DNA of 64,000 nt from Gnetum montanum (lineage: Eukaryota > Plantae > Gnetophyta): contig MNCI01002561.1 of the NCBI GenBank assembly GCA_015680685.1, positions 6,087 to 70,086 of the forward strand, in the 5' to 3' direction. The notes below the pieces were generated by a model, which was not told where the DNA came from, did not search any database, and saw nothing but the letters and a program-made list of their open reading frames with translations. The translations under genes and the position numbers were made by a program. Below, one piece after another: positions 25,791-39,780 of the stretch (positions are counted from its first letter, which is position 1; each line of letters starts with the position of its first letter).

Positions 25791-27489
25791 CTATGAAAGG
25801 TTCCATCCTAAACATGATAGGGTACATGAGAGAAGAGGGTTGAGAGACTTACCCTATGAAGGAGGTAGGAGTGGCTAAATTGGATGTGATGGCTTAGGGA
25901 GCTAAGTATTAGAAGAGTCCTCAAGATCCTTATTCACCTACTTAGCTTGACCATCAATTTGTAGATGACATGCCGAACTCATGTTCAGCTTTGTTCCCAT
26001 CTTCTTTAGAAATGCATGAAAAAAATGTGAGATGAATTGAGCATATCAATTACTAATAATCCATCATGGCACACCATGCAACCACACTATTTCTATAAGA
26101 AAAAGATGTAATATTTCTATTGCACTTACTGATGCTTATGTGGTAAGAAAATTGGTAAACTTGATCAACAAGTTAAAAAATTCTTGTATAGCATCATGAC
26201 CACTATGAGCCTGTAGAAGACTGATAATAAATCCATGCCAACGACATCCCATTTCCATTGAGAAATATCATGGGTGAAACACTAGAAAGAAAATCCATGT
26301 TGAAGCCCATTACCAAAATCACTTGTAATTTTGTGGAAAATAATGGCAAACACAATTGCCTTAGTTTTCCTATCAACTGGCACTGTAACCTTCATCACTA
26401 GAACTTAAGATAGAATTTTCATTGTAAAATGTGAAATTTTTAGTTCATATACTACAATCTCATATACCTTAACTTATGAAGGCTAAAAAATTATTCATAA
26501 GTTATGAATGCCTCATCTTCTAGGTAGAAAAACCTATATTTTGCATGTATCTAGGCATGGGAAGGTTGAAAATTCCTTACAGATCACTAAATTTTGACAT
26601 TTCTCAATTTTTATGCTAGCCATGGTAGTTTCTACATTGGAACACCTAAAAAGGAAGTGTATAAATTTTTGGCTATGGGTTTTTATGTTGGGCCTTGAAT
26701 TTTTGACATTGGAGGAGCCTACAAAGCTAGGGTATAAATTTGGGTGTTGATTTTTTATGCTGGACTTGGATTTTTATGTTGGGAAGCACATGAAGACAAT
26801 GTAAAAGGCATGAAAATGTTCAAATTTAATAAATATACTACCAAGGGATGTCCTACACATACTGAAAATTTACGAAAATTTTTTAGCAATCATGGTAGAG
26901 ATCTACAACAATGAATTAGTCACCAAATGATGTATTTAGACTAGATTTGACCACATTGAAAGGACTTTTGAAAATTTGCGTTTAGGCTAAATAAAGAGAC
27001 TTAGAGAAATTTAGATTTACTAGAAGTTCATAACCATCATCTCCAACGCATATGTTGTGACAAAGAAATTTGTAGTGAACTTCAAAAGTAGAAACTTGGA
27101 ACTACCAAAGAGCAAAGCTGATTGAAAAACATACCTTGCCGACTGAATCAAGCTCTAAGCATCCTACATTTGGCTTTTTTTGCATTCAAAGAACATAAAT
27201 GTATACTCATATAAACTTTGTTCTTGAAAATAATTTGATTATTTTAATAAAAAGTTGTAGTTTATTTGTTCAATGCAAATTTATTTTTAATTTTGCCACT
27301 TCTAGATCTGCATTTACAATTTTTATTCAATTGCATAGTTAACAAATTACAAGTATCAGAGTGATAAATAAGACCATCCAAGGAACTTTAGATCCTTTTG
27401 TTGAGGCCCATTGGATCTAAATCTAAGTTATTTAACTCTAAAATTTTCAGTTTTCTAGCATCCAATATTTTAGGCATTATAGTGGAAAT

Positions 27490-30450
27490 GCAAATATCCT
27501 GCNCAAAGCTTCTATCACACATAATCAACCATTCCTTTGTAACACATCATTACTATCCATAGATGATCTACTACCTTAATTCTTGATACTATGAATCATG
27601 CTATTTTTGCTGTTGAATCTACTCTTGCAAATATGATTGGATCATCAAGCTATTAAGTTTACTATTCATCCTTATCAATTCATAAACTACTTTATTAGTC
27701 TTGCCATGCATACATTTAATAGTGAAATCAAATTTAGCAAGCAACTCCACCCATCTATGATAACACAAGTTTAAATGAAGCTAACTCAGAAGATATTGGA
27801 GGCTCTTATGGTTAGTCCAAATAGTAACATTTTTCCCATATCGATAATTCTACCAAATCTTTATAATGAATACCATATCACCTAACTATAGATGCTACAT
27901 AGGATATCTAGTTTCATATGGCCTCAATTGACAAGATGCATAAGCCACAACCTATCCATCCCACATTAACACATAATCAAATCCATCCCTTGATGCATTA
28001 TTGCTAACATCGTATGGGTGTCTTGATTTAGAATATACTAACACTAGAGAGTAGTTACTAATCTATGCTTCAGCTCATTAAATGTAGCTTGAAATGCTAA
28101 GGTCCAAGAAAAACTAGTCTCCTTCCTCAAAAATTCAGTCATTGGAGATCCTATGTGAGAAAAATGTTCCAAAAACCTATGATAGTAACTTGCTAATCCT
28201 AAGAAGCTATGCACCTCTCCTACTGAGTGTGCTATAGGATAATCATGAATGACTATAAACTTTACAAGATCCATAAAGATACCAAATCTTGACATCATAT
28301 GTCTCAAGAACTCAATATTTTACTACCAAAATGAATACTTGGATGGTTCAGTGTATAGTTGGTACTCTCTTAAAGTCTATAATATCATTTGCACCTACTT
28401 TGCATGAAGCTACTCATCAATGGAATACATCAATATATCATCTATGAATACAATTACAAACTGATCTAGAAATGATTGCATCACACTATTCATGAGGTGC
28501 ATGAAAACTATGGATGCATTCATTAATCCAAATGGAAGCACTAGAAACTCATAATGGTCATATCAAGTTCTAAACACTATCTTTGACATCTATTATTCAT
28601 GAACCCACATTTGATGATACCTAGAATTGAGATCAATATTTAAGAATACATGAGCTCCCCAAAGTTGATCAAACAAGTCATCAATATGCAATAAAGGGCA
28701 TTTGTTTTTCATAGAAACTTGGTTTAGCTACCTGTAATCCATGCATAGTCACAAAATTCCATCCTTCTTTTTAAAAAATAGCACTAGTGCATCCCACAGT
28801 GATATACTAGGCTAAATAAGCCCTTTTTTCAATAATTTCTAAAGTTGGATTCTTAGCTCTACTAGCTCTGCTAGAGACATCTTATGTGGAGTCTTTGAAA
28901 TAAGCTCTATACCATGTTTAACTTTGATTTCAAAATTATTCCCTTGCCTTAGCAACAAACATAGTAATTCTAACTAAAATACATTATGAAATTCTTGAAA
29001 CATAGGGATTTGATCTATCTTCATGATATCTATTTTATACACTATGGACATAAATCATCCATGCCCCTTTTGAAGCATCCTATGATACATTCAAGAGGAG
29101 AACAAATCTAGGCTTATAGACCATGGATGAGTTTTTATCTTAATTGGAGCATCATCAACTAATGGTAATCTTAGGAGCTTTTGTTGATAGTCTAAACTAG
29201 CATTGAACTATGATAGACAATCCATCCCCAAAATTATATCATATACCCCAAGATCCATAACATGAAAATTATTAACCCATTGCACATATTTCAATTCTAA
29301 TGATACACCTACATACACTTGATCAACTTGAGTCTCATGACCCCTAGTAGAAGATACTATCAACCTAGGAAAAAGATAATGACATGCAAGAGCTACATGA
29401 TGTGTAATACTAGGATCTACAAAAGAATGGCTAGTAACTAGATCACTGTGTTTGGCTGCACATCCAATAGCTGGTCCATTATGGTGTACACCAATCTTTA
29501 GGTCCTTTGGTGCACTCCTCCTAGTTGAGCAATAGGTATTTGATGTTTATTCTAAATTGGAGGTCATTGTGTTTTGTCTCTACCTCCTTTGCTACTACCT
29601 ATCATTCTCAAGCACTCCCTAGCTTAATATCCTAGCTATCCATATGTAAAAAAATCTTGGCAATCCCTCTATAGATGGTCAAGCCACCCAAATCTATAAA
29701 AAATAATAGATCCACAAAGAACTCAAATAGTAGGATCAAAATCTAGTATTTGGAGCTCACCTCCATGTTCATGAACCTACTTAGAGAGGCTACGCCTACC
29801 TTTGAATGTTAGTCCTCTCTTCTACTCTTGTCACCTCTCTTCACGAGCTACATCCTCTTGTGGGAACCTCTCTAAATTCATAATAATTATTCTAGTCTCA
29901 TCATAGGATGTCAATCTAAGAGGTAATATCTGATCCTTTAAATATGGCCTCAAACCTCAAACAAATCTATTTGCTCATGCCTAAGCTTCTATATGCATAT
30001 GTGGTAAATAGCTATTGAGCTTAGAGAAATGAGCATCATACTCTACCATAGACCAAATATCTTGATACAAATAGTATAACTCATTCTCCTTTCCCTAGGA
30101 ATATTGGGTAAACATATAATAGGCTCTAAAAGATGTTAGAAAATCATCCCATGCCACCTTTTGGCTAGTCCATCCTTTGGCATGATCTTTAGTCATCGAC
30201 CAACACCAAGTAGTGCAATTCAACTAATATATTGCTAATCGAGTATGCTAAACCAATGAGTAGCTCATAAAATCATAAGTCTTTTGCAACTTCTACAACC
30301 ACACTATAGTTGTAGTATCATTCTTGGTGCCATTAGATTTTGAATATCCTAACTTCCAAAACTACTTTACCAGTTTCCTATTAATAGGCTTCCTATTTGA
30401 ATCTCCTAAGCCTCCACTACAACAACTACTTCTAACTTTCTTAATAGTGG
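27490..30450 (-). pseudogene. gag-pol remnant (gag, protease, RT, RNase H) of the chromovirus element; integrase core missing
   Basis: RT motif [13 protein letters not shown] near 28430-28460; ORF 28044-28307 VHSFLGLASYYHRF...FNELKHRL; RH motif near 27800 (WTNHKSLQYL). Many stops and frameshifts. Confidence 0.85.
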
Positions 30451-30674
30451 AAATGGAAGCATCTCTAGCTGCAACATGCTATTATAGAATTTGCAAAAGC
30501 TATTGAATAACATCTTGTTGTCCACTTGTAGGACTACTAGTAGATGCTTGAGGAAGTTGCACCTATCAAACTTTAGCCCCTCTAGAATTAGGACCACATA
30601 TACTATACATATTTATAACTTGAAATCACAAATTGGTAAGTACCCTAAACATCATAAAACATTGTAGTAAACTA

Positions 30675-30686
30675 GCTTTGATACCA
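30675..30686 (-). promoter_or_regulatory. Primer binding site (tRNA-iMet type)
   Basis: gctttgatacca is the reverse complement of TGGTATCAAAGC (canonical TGGTATCAGAGC), 3 nt from the LTR. Confidence 0.88.
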
Positions 30687-30689
30687 CTA

Positions 30690-31052
30690 TGTAACACTGC
30701 ACCTTACTACACCTAGCTAGGGTAGAGGGATGTTTAGGATTGCAAGTAATAATACAATGGAAGTATGATACACTGAAAGCTAATAGTACATAAACCACTA
30801 TATATATATATATATTATGGAAGGTCATACTACACAAAAATCCATGCTAAACCAAGGACTAAGCATACATTTCATTTCATAAAATTACATGTCTTTACAT
30901 AAATTGAAAATCTTTACTGCTCTCCCAAGATGCATAAACATGAACAACATCATATAACTAAGAGTATAGTGTGGGCCATAAAAATATGAATAGTTCACAA
31001 TATTATGCAAGGATATATACATAACCAATCCTTGAAAATTTTCCTCTTCTCT

Positions 31053-31088
<36 letters not shown>

Positions 31089-33542
31089 GGCTTGCTTACA
31101 GTACTGTAGTTTCCACCTATAACTAAATAAAGTTAGTATAAAACTAACTAAGAAGCCTTTATACTTTTCCTACTAGATGATCAACAAGTGCTACCCTAGA
31201 GAGGAGAAATGGGATACAAGGCAACCTATGCCAACTATCAGTCTTACACATGCTCTAAGCAACACATGTACATACAATATTATATGTAAGACTAGCATAA
31301 TCATTACTAAAGTAAATAGATGGCTATCACATAGTAATAGACATCATCATTGATAGACATAATCAAATATAAATCCATGATAACACACCACATACATCTT
31401 CACTATCATATTCATGCCATCATACCCACTTCGTATCATCAAACAACATATGTACCACATAATCCTAGGTCAATCATAAGATATATTATCCATGGTATGA
31501 TTCATAAATCGATACCACCATATACACCTTACCCATATGGTCACTAGCATATCCAAATTTAGCATGTGAAACATTGTTGTGACTGCTCATAAATAGTCAT
31601 TGCCTATAGGTATTTTATTCATATTTTATTTATCTAATTGGTGATATGGTCTATCAACCCATGATCTACAACCACTAGCCTTTCGAAGGACTGGCTATAG
31701 GGACAATGACACCTATGCCAAGTACCAGATCTAGGGATGAACACACCTATGCTCTTTCACTCTCATAATAAGAGATGAAATAGTAGCTTCACTAATGCAT
31801 CATAGTGGGGGTTAGTCCACAACGACCTCTAGGATTCCTCATCATCAAGCAACCCACATCCTTATGCTAGCATCACCCATCAATGGGAGCTACAAGTATC
31901 GTTATGAAGACATGTACAATTCTAGGCTAGCTTAATCCAACACATTTTGCAAGCATAACACATCCAAAGCAAACCTTTCCATCATCACATACATCCACAT
32001 CTAACAGTCACATTCGTTTCATTAAAATAATACCAAAACTTAGCAAAAAAAAAAAATTTGCATCATGACCATACTTCTTAAACTACATATAGTTTCATAA
32101 AAATGACCACTTTTGCAACCTCTAAGATGTTATTTGCCAAAATATAAAAAAACTTTCATGATTAAAAGATATGTCTCAAGATAATCCCAATGGCATTAAT
32201 TCACCTCAATTGGACTCTTGGAAGTAAAGTTATCTGCATTTAAAATTTAATTAATAAAATAATAAATAATAATATTTAGTTACAACAATATTTAATTGAA
32301 ACTCCTATAAGCTCCCTCACAATGATAGCTCCTTAAAATATAATATTCCAACCATGCCAGTCTCATCAACATTACATATAATATTCCATGAGTTCACATC
32401 ATATTATACATTACATATTTATTAATAAAAAATTTGCAACCAAAATCATAAAATTATAGGAAATATGCAAAACAATACATCCAAAATCAATCTTTTAACT
32501 GTCTACACCACATGTTCATATCACATGATCATGTACACTAATCTAGCACAAAAATACAAAAAAAATTTAAAGACAACCCACTAATTAAAATTGTTATAGT
32601 AGAAAGTCTAAAACAAGCATGAAATCTTTAAAAATATAGAAAACTCCATTTTTCTCCAAATAAGTTTTTCACCCATGTAGATATTACCATAGCAATTCTA
32701 AATCCAAGTTCAAAGCAAAGAAAAATATAGCCACAAAGCCTAAAATTTAGAAAAAGAGTAGAAAAAAAAAGTAAGAAAAACAAAAGAAACATCAAATAAG
32801 AAGTTCCAATATAGTTTCTATTCATATGAGCACACAACAAGAAAAAAAAGAAACCCAAATGTTATGGGTAGGAAAAAGATGGTGGTGTTTTCTTTTGGTG
32901 GTGGAATAATAAAAAAAACATGTTCATTCATTTGTTTTCCTTAAAAATTGTGCTCAAACCATATACTTTGAAATAAAAAGAAAGTCTTCTTTCTCACATG
33001 TATTGCACATCATGTGCAAAAAATTATTTTTACTTTTAATTTTTTTAAGAAAAAAACTAAACATTTTTAGAAATTTATTTCTTTTATTCCTCTTCAATTA
33101 ATACCTTACACTTCAAACATGCATAACAAACACACTAAGACTCCAAATCAAAATTTGTTTGACCTTATGAGATCCATATCAAATGCTCTTCAAATTCACG
33201 TGCTAAAATTACATCCAAGCATTGCACAATATAGTGCTACAATTTAATTGCATATATACCAAAATCACACATAAAGCATAAATACATACCCAATATGTGC
33301 TCTTGTATACCAATCTAATGTCCTTGCCAGTCACATCACCTATATAATACATCATATAGGGCTAGTATACATAATCATGTTAGTTAAGTATGTAAAGGCA
33401 TCATAATCATGCTAAAACATCACAACTTATAAAACACAATCATAACAAACTAACTTGTCTTTGGTAATACACTGAGACTAGACACATAATGTATAAATCT
33501 AATTGTACTATCATATCCAAGGTCTCTAGAGAGGATGTAATA
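30690..33542 (-). repeat. 5' LTR of the chromovirus element (~2.85 kb)
   Basis: Direct repeat of the split left LTR; starts tgtaacac, ends ggatgtaata; bordered by the PBS and the TSD. Confidence 0.9.
31054..31087. repeat. (CT)n microsatellite inside the 5' LTR
   Basis: Direct observation; the other LTR has only a short CT-rich stretch near 1870. Confidence 0.95.
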
Positions 33543-36149
33543 TACTATTTCTCACAATCATAGATATAGTAGAATTACCAAAGGCATTTGAGGAAGATGA
33601 CTATGATGTCAAGGATAAACATTTGGTTGATGTTGAGTCAATAATAGATGTCCCACCTGATGTTGTTATTCTAGAAGATGTTAGTCACAAGTCTTGTAAA
33701 TCAGTTGCATTCTAGACTAGGATAGTCAACTCAGTTCTAATAGATGATGAAGCTATTACTCAGGATGTATCCTTTATTGTATCACTATTTTATTGAAGCA
33801 ATCTATTGAAGGCATTATGACTATACATTGACATTGTTGTAATCTCTATTCATGGTGATGATCTATGCATCTTCCTATGGATTGAGACAATAAAATATTT
33901 AAACTCAATTGATGAGCACCATTATGCTAAAAAAATTTCATATCAACAATACATAAATATTTTTGAAACTAAGGATTCCTATAAAGATATTATAATATAT
34001 TTAAAGGATAGGTCTACTGACATAGGAAGTAATGCTATTAACAAGAAATTTTATGTTATCTTTATTGCTATTTTTTAAGAAAATATCTTTCCTACTTCTA
34101 ACACATTCAGCATTACTAGGATACTTATGTCTTAAATGATGACAATGACTTAAATCAAGAGGAAGCATTGAAACTTAACAAAATTGAAAAGTAGGTGAAA
34201 TTATAAATGATTCTTCTACAAATTTTTTTAAATCCTTAATATATCTATTAATATTTGAAATGTATGATGTTGAGGGAAAGGAAATTGAATTAGAGAAAGC
34301 TCATAAAGATTTCATGAGTCATGATAGTGAAACAAATAAGGAGGAGACAAAAATAGATAAGGACTTCATAACTATATATGAATAATTGAGATATTTACTA
34401 TGATTTGAAAGATTAAACAAAAAATTAAGAGTTATTACTTATCTTTACTATTTTAATTTTGAGACTCAAGAAACATTTACCTCATTTGAAAGTATTGGTC
34501 AAAGCATAGCACATAAAGGATCTATAATTAAGTGTAAGATAAGCATAATTTAGTTATTTGTTTATTATAATTGATTATTTAACTATCATTATATTAAATG
34601 GATTTTATTATTTATTATATAAGGAAAAATTCTAATAATCTTGAAGGAGTTGAAAAACGTTAGTGATAAGGCCTTAAAGAAATCAAAAACAAAACATTGC
34701 AACATTGAAATAATGTGTAGAATATGTTTCATCTCTTGTAATTTTATATTTTTTTATATACTCAGTTCTATATAAAATGTTTTGTAGGTTTGAAAAGATG
34801 AGAGTGAGAGTTCAGTCAAAGGTCCTAATAAATAAAGTATGAGATTATACTAATCATACTTTTATAACTTTATTTACCTCATGACTTTTATTCTTTTTAT
34901 GTTAAAATTGTATGACTATGAAACAACTATTATCTTAATATAGGCTGTGCACAATATATTGGTCCTTATCTTAATTTTTTTATTCAAAAGTATTCTTTTG
35001 AAATTGATCTAGTACATATAACATGTTTGTCCACATTAATTACATCAGATAAATTAAAAGATGATGTTAATTTAAAGAATTCAACCTTTCAATTAATAGA
35101 CAATTGTTGTTCAAATGAATTAAAAGAAATACTTTGAAGAGAGAATGATTTGAAATTTATGATTTAGTATTCTTGTAAAATACTATGGTGAAGTACTTCA
35201 TTCTATAGAAGATGATGTTATCAAAGGAAAAAAATTATCGTGTTTGAGATTGAAACAAAAGCTAGAGAACCTAATTTTTAGGTATTTTTTCAACAAGTTG
35301 TAGTCTATTTTAGAATTTCATTTACTATATTATTTTTTGATTTATTATTATTATTAAAATTGTATAAAATATATAAAGAGGAAGATGGGAAGTTAAAGTT
35401 ATGAAAAAGTATCTTAAGAGTGATTCAACAAAGAGATATTACATTAAGTAATTACTAAAAAAAAACATTTCTAGTAAACATCAATATTGGAAGACACTTG
35501 TTTCATTTGGTACTTATTGTTGTTGATAGGTTGGATAGCACAATATAAATAATGGATCCTCCTCATAGTAATATTAAATATAGCAAGAACATTAATATTC
35601 TGTAAAAGTACCTTTAGGAGGAACATAATTTTAGAATAGTGAAGGTCAATTTTATCAAGAACTATGGTGACACATATTTCAAAGAAATGGATATGACTAT
35701 GATGTTTATGTTCTACTTTATATAATATATATAATAACTAAAATAAAAATATCATTTAGAGCATCAAATGTACTAATGTATAGAAGGAAAATCTTTTGTA
35801 ATATATTAAATATCTCTGACTAGCATACAAGATGATTACAATGTTAAATTATTGTTAAAATATTTTGAGTTAAAATTTTCCATTGAATTATATTATTCAA
35901 AATTATATAAATTCATTAGCTATGTTATCTTTTTTAAAAATTTATTCTTTCTCATCTTAAATTATGCTAACTATTGTAGTTTATTATGGCTATGACATTT
36001 TGATGATTGATGTATAATTTTAGTTAGAATCTAAAAGATGTTGATGTCCATAGGTCAATTCAGTTATATCGTAAGTAGAAAAAATGATAATATTTTATGA
36101 TGTATGTATTATGAATAATTGAATATATGATTGAGAAACTAGAATGAAG

Positions 36150-36420
36150 AAAAGTAATTATATTCGACTTCAATGGTGTGCTTGTAAAGAATGTACAATT
36201 TTCAAATTTAGAAGAATTGAAGAACTATACTAGAAATTATGATGTTATGCTAGGAAAAAAGTACTACTTTATTAGAATTGATGTTTATGAGCTCTTAATT
36301 CAATAGATCAAAGAAATATTCAAACACACATTCTATTCATTAGCTTAGTTCACCAACATTGAAATAATAACAAGTTATCTTATGAAAGATTTAACTACAA
36401 AGCCAACATTCATTTAGTGC
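36150..36420 (+). pseudogene. Possible Mutator/MuDR transposase N-terminal remnant
   Basis: LVKNVQFSNLEELKNYTRNYDVMLGKKYYFIRID resembles the MuDR-domain pattern F.s.eel+..++.Ya; no catalytic region recognised. Confidence 0.3.
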
Positions 36421-37684
36421 CAAGCACAATGCCAGAAGCATTATAAAAAAGTATAGTGATTCCTATTTTTTAACAGACTTTAGACCATATCTTCCAAATT
36501 TATAGTATTCAATATGCACAATAGGATGTAATCATAGTTGATGAAAAAGATGATAAAATTCTAGATGAGGATAAGAAAAACCTCATACAAGCTAAAAAAT
36601 ATGATCTTAATAATCATGGTGATAACTAATTTCTTAAATAGTTATTAATATTGATTGTAATTCTATTAGGGATTAATTTACTTTTGAGAAACTATTAAGT
36701 TTCCCTAAATAGCTTGTAAATATAAATGTATATTTTTATTTTGAAATAAAAAAATATATTATCTTCTTGGAAATCTACTAACCTTAAATTTTATTCTTAA
36801 TTGTTGGCAATAGTTGATGATCACGAAACATTTCACATTCAATAATGTATGTAAAATATGTTAAATTATCAAACTAATCCTATTTAAAGCAATTGACATT
36901 TCTTTCAAATGATCATGGATAAGGATTTACATGATCATCACATACTTATCTAATGGTGCCATCACAAAATTATTTAACTTCTAACCTATAATGATAATTA
37001 AATATATATTGCTGCTAACACTATTTAAGGTAATCAAAATTTCTTCTAAATAATCATGAATAAGAATTTACATGATCATCACATACTTGTCTTATGGTAA
37101 AATTTGAAAATTATTTAACTTGTAATCAATAATGATAATTAAATATATATTGATTTGTAGAGCTTTATTTAAACATATAATAATTAATTGATACATGATT
37201 ACATGTATAAAGATATACTAAATTTATTAAAGTATAATAAAAAAATCTACAGATCTTTCAAAAATTTCATTAATTAATTATAACTTCAAGGATAAATAAT
37301 GTTCATTACAACATGATAGAAGATACTGACTAGAAGATTATGAGTAACTACTTTTTATAATAACATACTAATGTTAGAAAACAGATTTAAGATTCATGGT
37401 GTAATGTCTCCATTCCCAAATGGTGCTATTGCATAATGAATATGATGCCTCTTCATAACAAGTGTTATCATTATCGTAACAAGACTCAAAATGGCATGTT
37501 GTAAATAAGACCTGAAACGGTGCATTGTAATCATGGACATGTCTCTCAAGGTGACCTTTGGGGGTTTTACCTAAGGCATTTATACCCAAGCTTAGAGGTC
37601 ATGCTAGCATGGAGTTGTATTTTCTGTGATTATTGCTGAAAGTTCAATTTTTGTATGGATTATTTCTGCTAGCATGCTATTGTG

Positions 37685-38110
37685 ATTTCTGCAATATGCT
37701 AATTTGTATGGATTAAAAGAAGAACTTTAACAAGAACCTTTTTGCTTATAAATACATATGTATCTCATCTTTCCCAAGTCTAGATAGAATTGGGATAGAA
37801 ATTTCCATTGCAAGACTTCTTGTAGGAATAAGACATCAACATCCAAATCTTGTAACTCTACTAAGATGTGTGGGTATCGATACCCATGCTAGTCCAAGGC
37901 TCATGATGGACATAGCAAATGTTGTTTCTCACTTGTTAGGAATCTTGTAAGCATGGTGTATGTTGCAACTTTTATTCCTATTCTAGGATTTTCTTTGGGG
38001 TCATTTTGATTCATGGGTATCATACACCTTGTCAAAATGAGATTTTGAGGCTCCATGTTGTTCTACCATGTGTTTTAATTGCAAAAAAAATTGATATACA
38101 TCTTCTTGAC
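37685..38110 (-). pseudogene. CCR4-like 5' fragment in an inverted segment
   Basis: Colinear with 4050-4475 and a reverse-complement match to 41230-41540. Confidence 0.8.
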
Positions 38111-38739
38111 CATTTGAAGATAGTTTTGTTTCATATCTTCTTGACCATTTGAAGATAGTTTTATTTCATCAACTGATCCTCCAACTAATTTTGGTAATAT
38201 TTAACTACATTATCTAATTATTAAAAACCTTTCTACCCCATTTAAGACACTGACTCCAATAGTGTAACTAATGACTGTCTAGGATTTAGTGACATTAAGG
38301 CTATCTACAAAGGTTAAGCACTAAATCGTAACATTGCAAAAGGTTAAAATCATTAGTTCCAACATTTAAATTGTTAGGCATGATTAGTTGCCCTAAGTTG
38401 TCAACTTTTAAGGTACATTTGATGATGTGATCAAATTATTGGATGCTTGGATGATAAATCCTACCTCATCATTAAGTTTAGAAGGGTGAAATATGTTGGA
38501 AATGATTATTCATATGTTAGAAAAAAACATTGTATGCTTGCATTATGCTAAAATTAAGCTTTTGAGCATCTTAAGGGACTATGTTGAAAAAGGTATAAAA
38601 ACTAATTTTTGAGATTTCATGGAACATATTTGACTTCACGATTCTATCCAAAAGGTTGAAATCTATAGGAAAAAACTCTTTGTTCATAGAAAGAGACTTA
38701 CAAAATCAAAAGTTATGGGTTTTGAGGTCTAGAAGTTTT

Positions 38740-38815
38740 GGCATGAAAAATGAGACATCTTGAGAGGTCATCCATTCCAATACTACTCCACGATGAGTGT
38801 GCTTATTTGCAAAAT
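38740..38815 (-). pseudogene. Second 5S rRNA-derived fragment
   Basis: gaggtcatccattccaatactactc...gtgcttatttgc matches the reverse complement of the 5S box C/IE/box A region; same context as 5163-5240. Confidence 0.7.
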
Positions 38816-39384
38816 ATTTATCTTATTCCTACCAGCATGCCAATTTTATTTTTCTTAAAAAATTTTCACTTTTCTAATTTTAAACTAACATTCTTCTAAT
38901 GAAAATTTTAAATTTTCTGTTGGTTGATAGAAAAATCAGAATTCTTTGATAGTTGATGAAAACATTTTTCTATCATTCAGGCTAGGGAAATTACAGTAGT
39001 AAGAACATCAATAGCACTATGGGGGTACTAGAGCAATGAATTGGATGAGCCAAAAGAGTGCACTAGTGGGCAAGGTGCACCAAGAGAGGACAACGGCAGT
39101 GGACAATACTGGTACGCTAGGGAAGCTTGACAATGGTGATGATGATGACATGCTAAGAGAGTGCTTTATAGGGGCCAACAGAGCCTAGGTAGCCTAGTTG
39201 GCCCTTATTAGGGCTTTTGAAACTCCTTGTAGGGCCTATGTAGTCTAGGTAATGCCTACATGGCACTCACAAGGGCCTATGTAGCCCAGGCAGGGCTTGA
39301 ATGATCCACACAAGGGCTAGCATGGCACAAGCAACTAGCATAGCATAAGTGGCCAACATGTTGTTAGTGATGAGGTTTTTAGCA

Positions 39385-39780
39385 ACACCTGAGGAGGTGA
39401 TAATTTTTGGCATTAGTGGTATCTAAGGTCCACTAGAGGGTATGATGATCATTGCTACTAGTGATGTCCACAATGCACTAGAGGGGACAACAATCCTTGG
39501 TGTTAGTAGTGTCGATGGTGCATCAGAGGGCGCTATGATCCTTGATGCTAGCAATGTTCCCAATGCATTAGAGGAGGTGAAGATCCTTGATGTTCATTAA
39601 AGGGAATGATGATTCCTAGCACCATTGATGTCCACAAAGCACTAAAATGGGTAGTGATTCTTGGTGCCTACGGTGTTTGTGGAGTGCTAGAGAGGGTAGC
39701 GATTCTTGGTGTCAATGATGTTTGTGAAGTGTTGGAGTGGGCAAAAATTCCTGACATCAATGATATCCGTAAATCACCAT
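39385..39780. repeat. 45-bp degenerate tandem repeat
   Basis: ca(c/t)tagaggg-like starts at 39431, 39476, 39521 and 39566, with further units to ~39780. Confidence 0.7.

Larger units (their letters stand above)
9977..27481 (-). mobile_element. Rearranged Tat-lineage Ty3/Gypsy block inserted in the chromovirus pol
   Basis: Host sequence stops at 9976 and resumes near 27482. Contains gag and RT-RH-aRH-INT on the minus strand. Ends are ~300 bp inverted repeats of each other; no TSD found. Confidence 0.7.
1502..33542 (-). mobile_element. Ty3/Gypsy chromovirus-type (Tekay-like) LTR retrotransposon, decayed, with two nested insertions
   Basis: Matching ~2.8 kb direct repeats at 1502-9844 (split) and 30690-33542. 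Perfect 5-bp TSD TACTA at 1497-1501 and 33543-33547. PBS next to the right LTR, PPT next to the left LTR. RT/RH remnants and a chromodomain-like tail on the minus strand. Confidence 0.92.
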
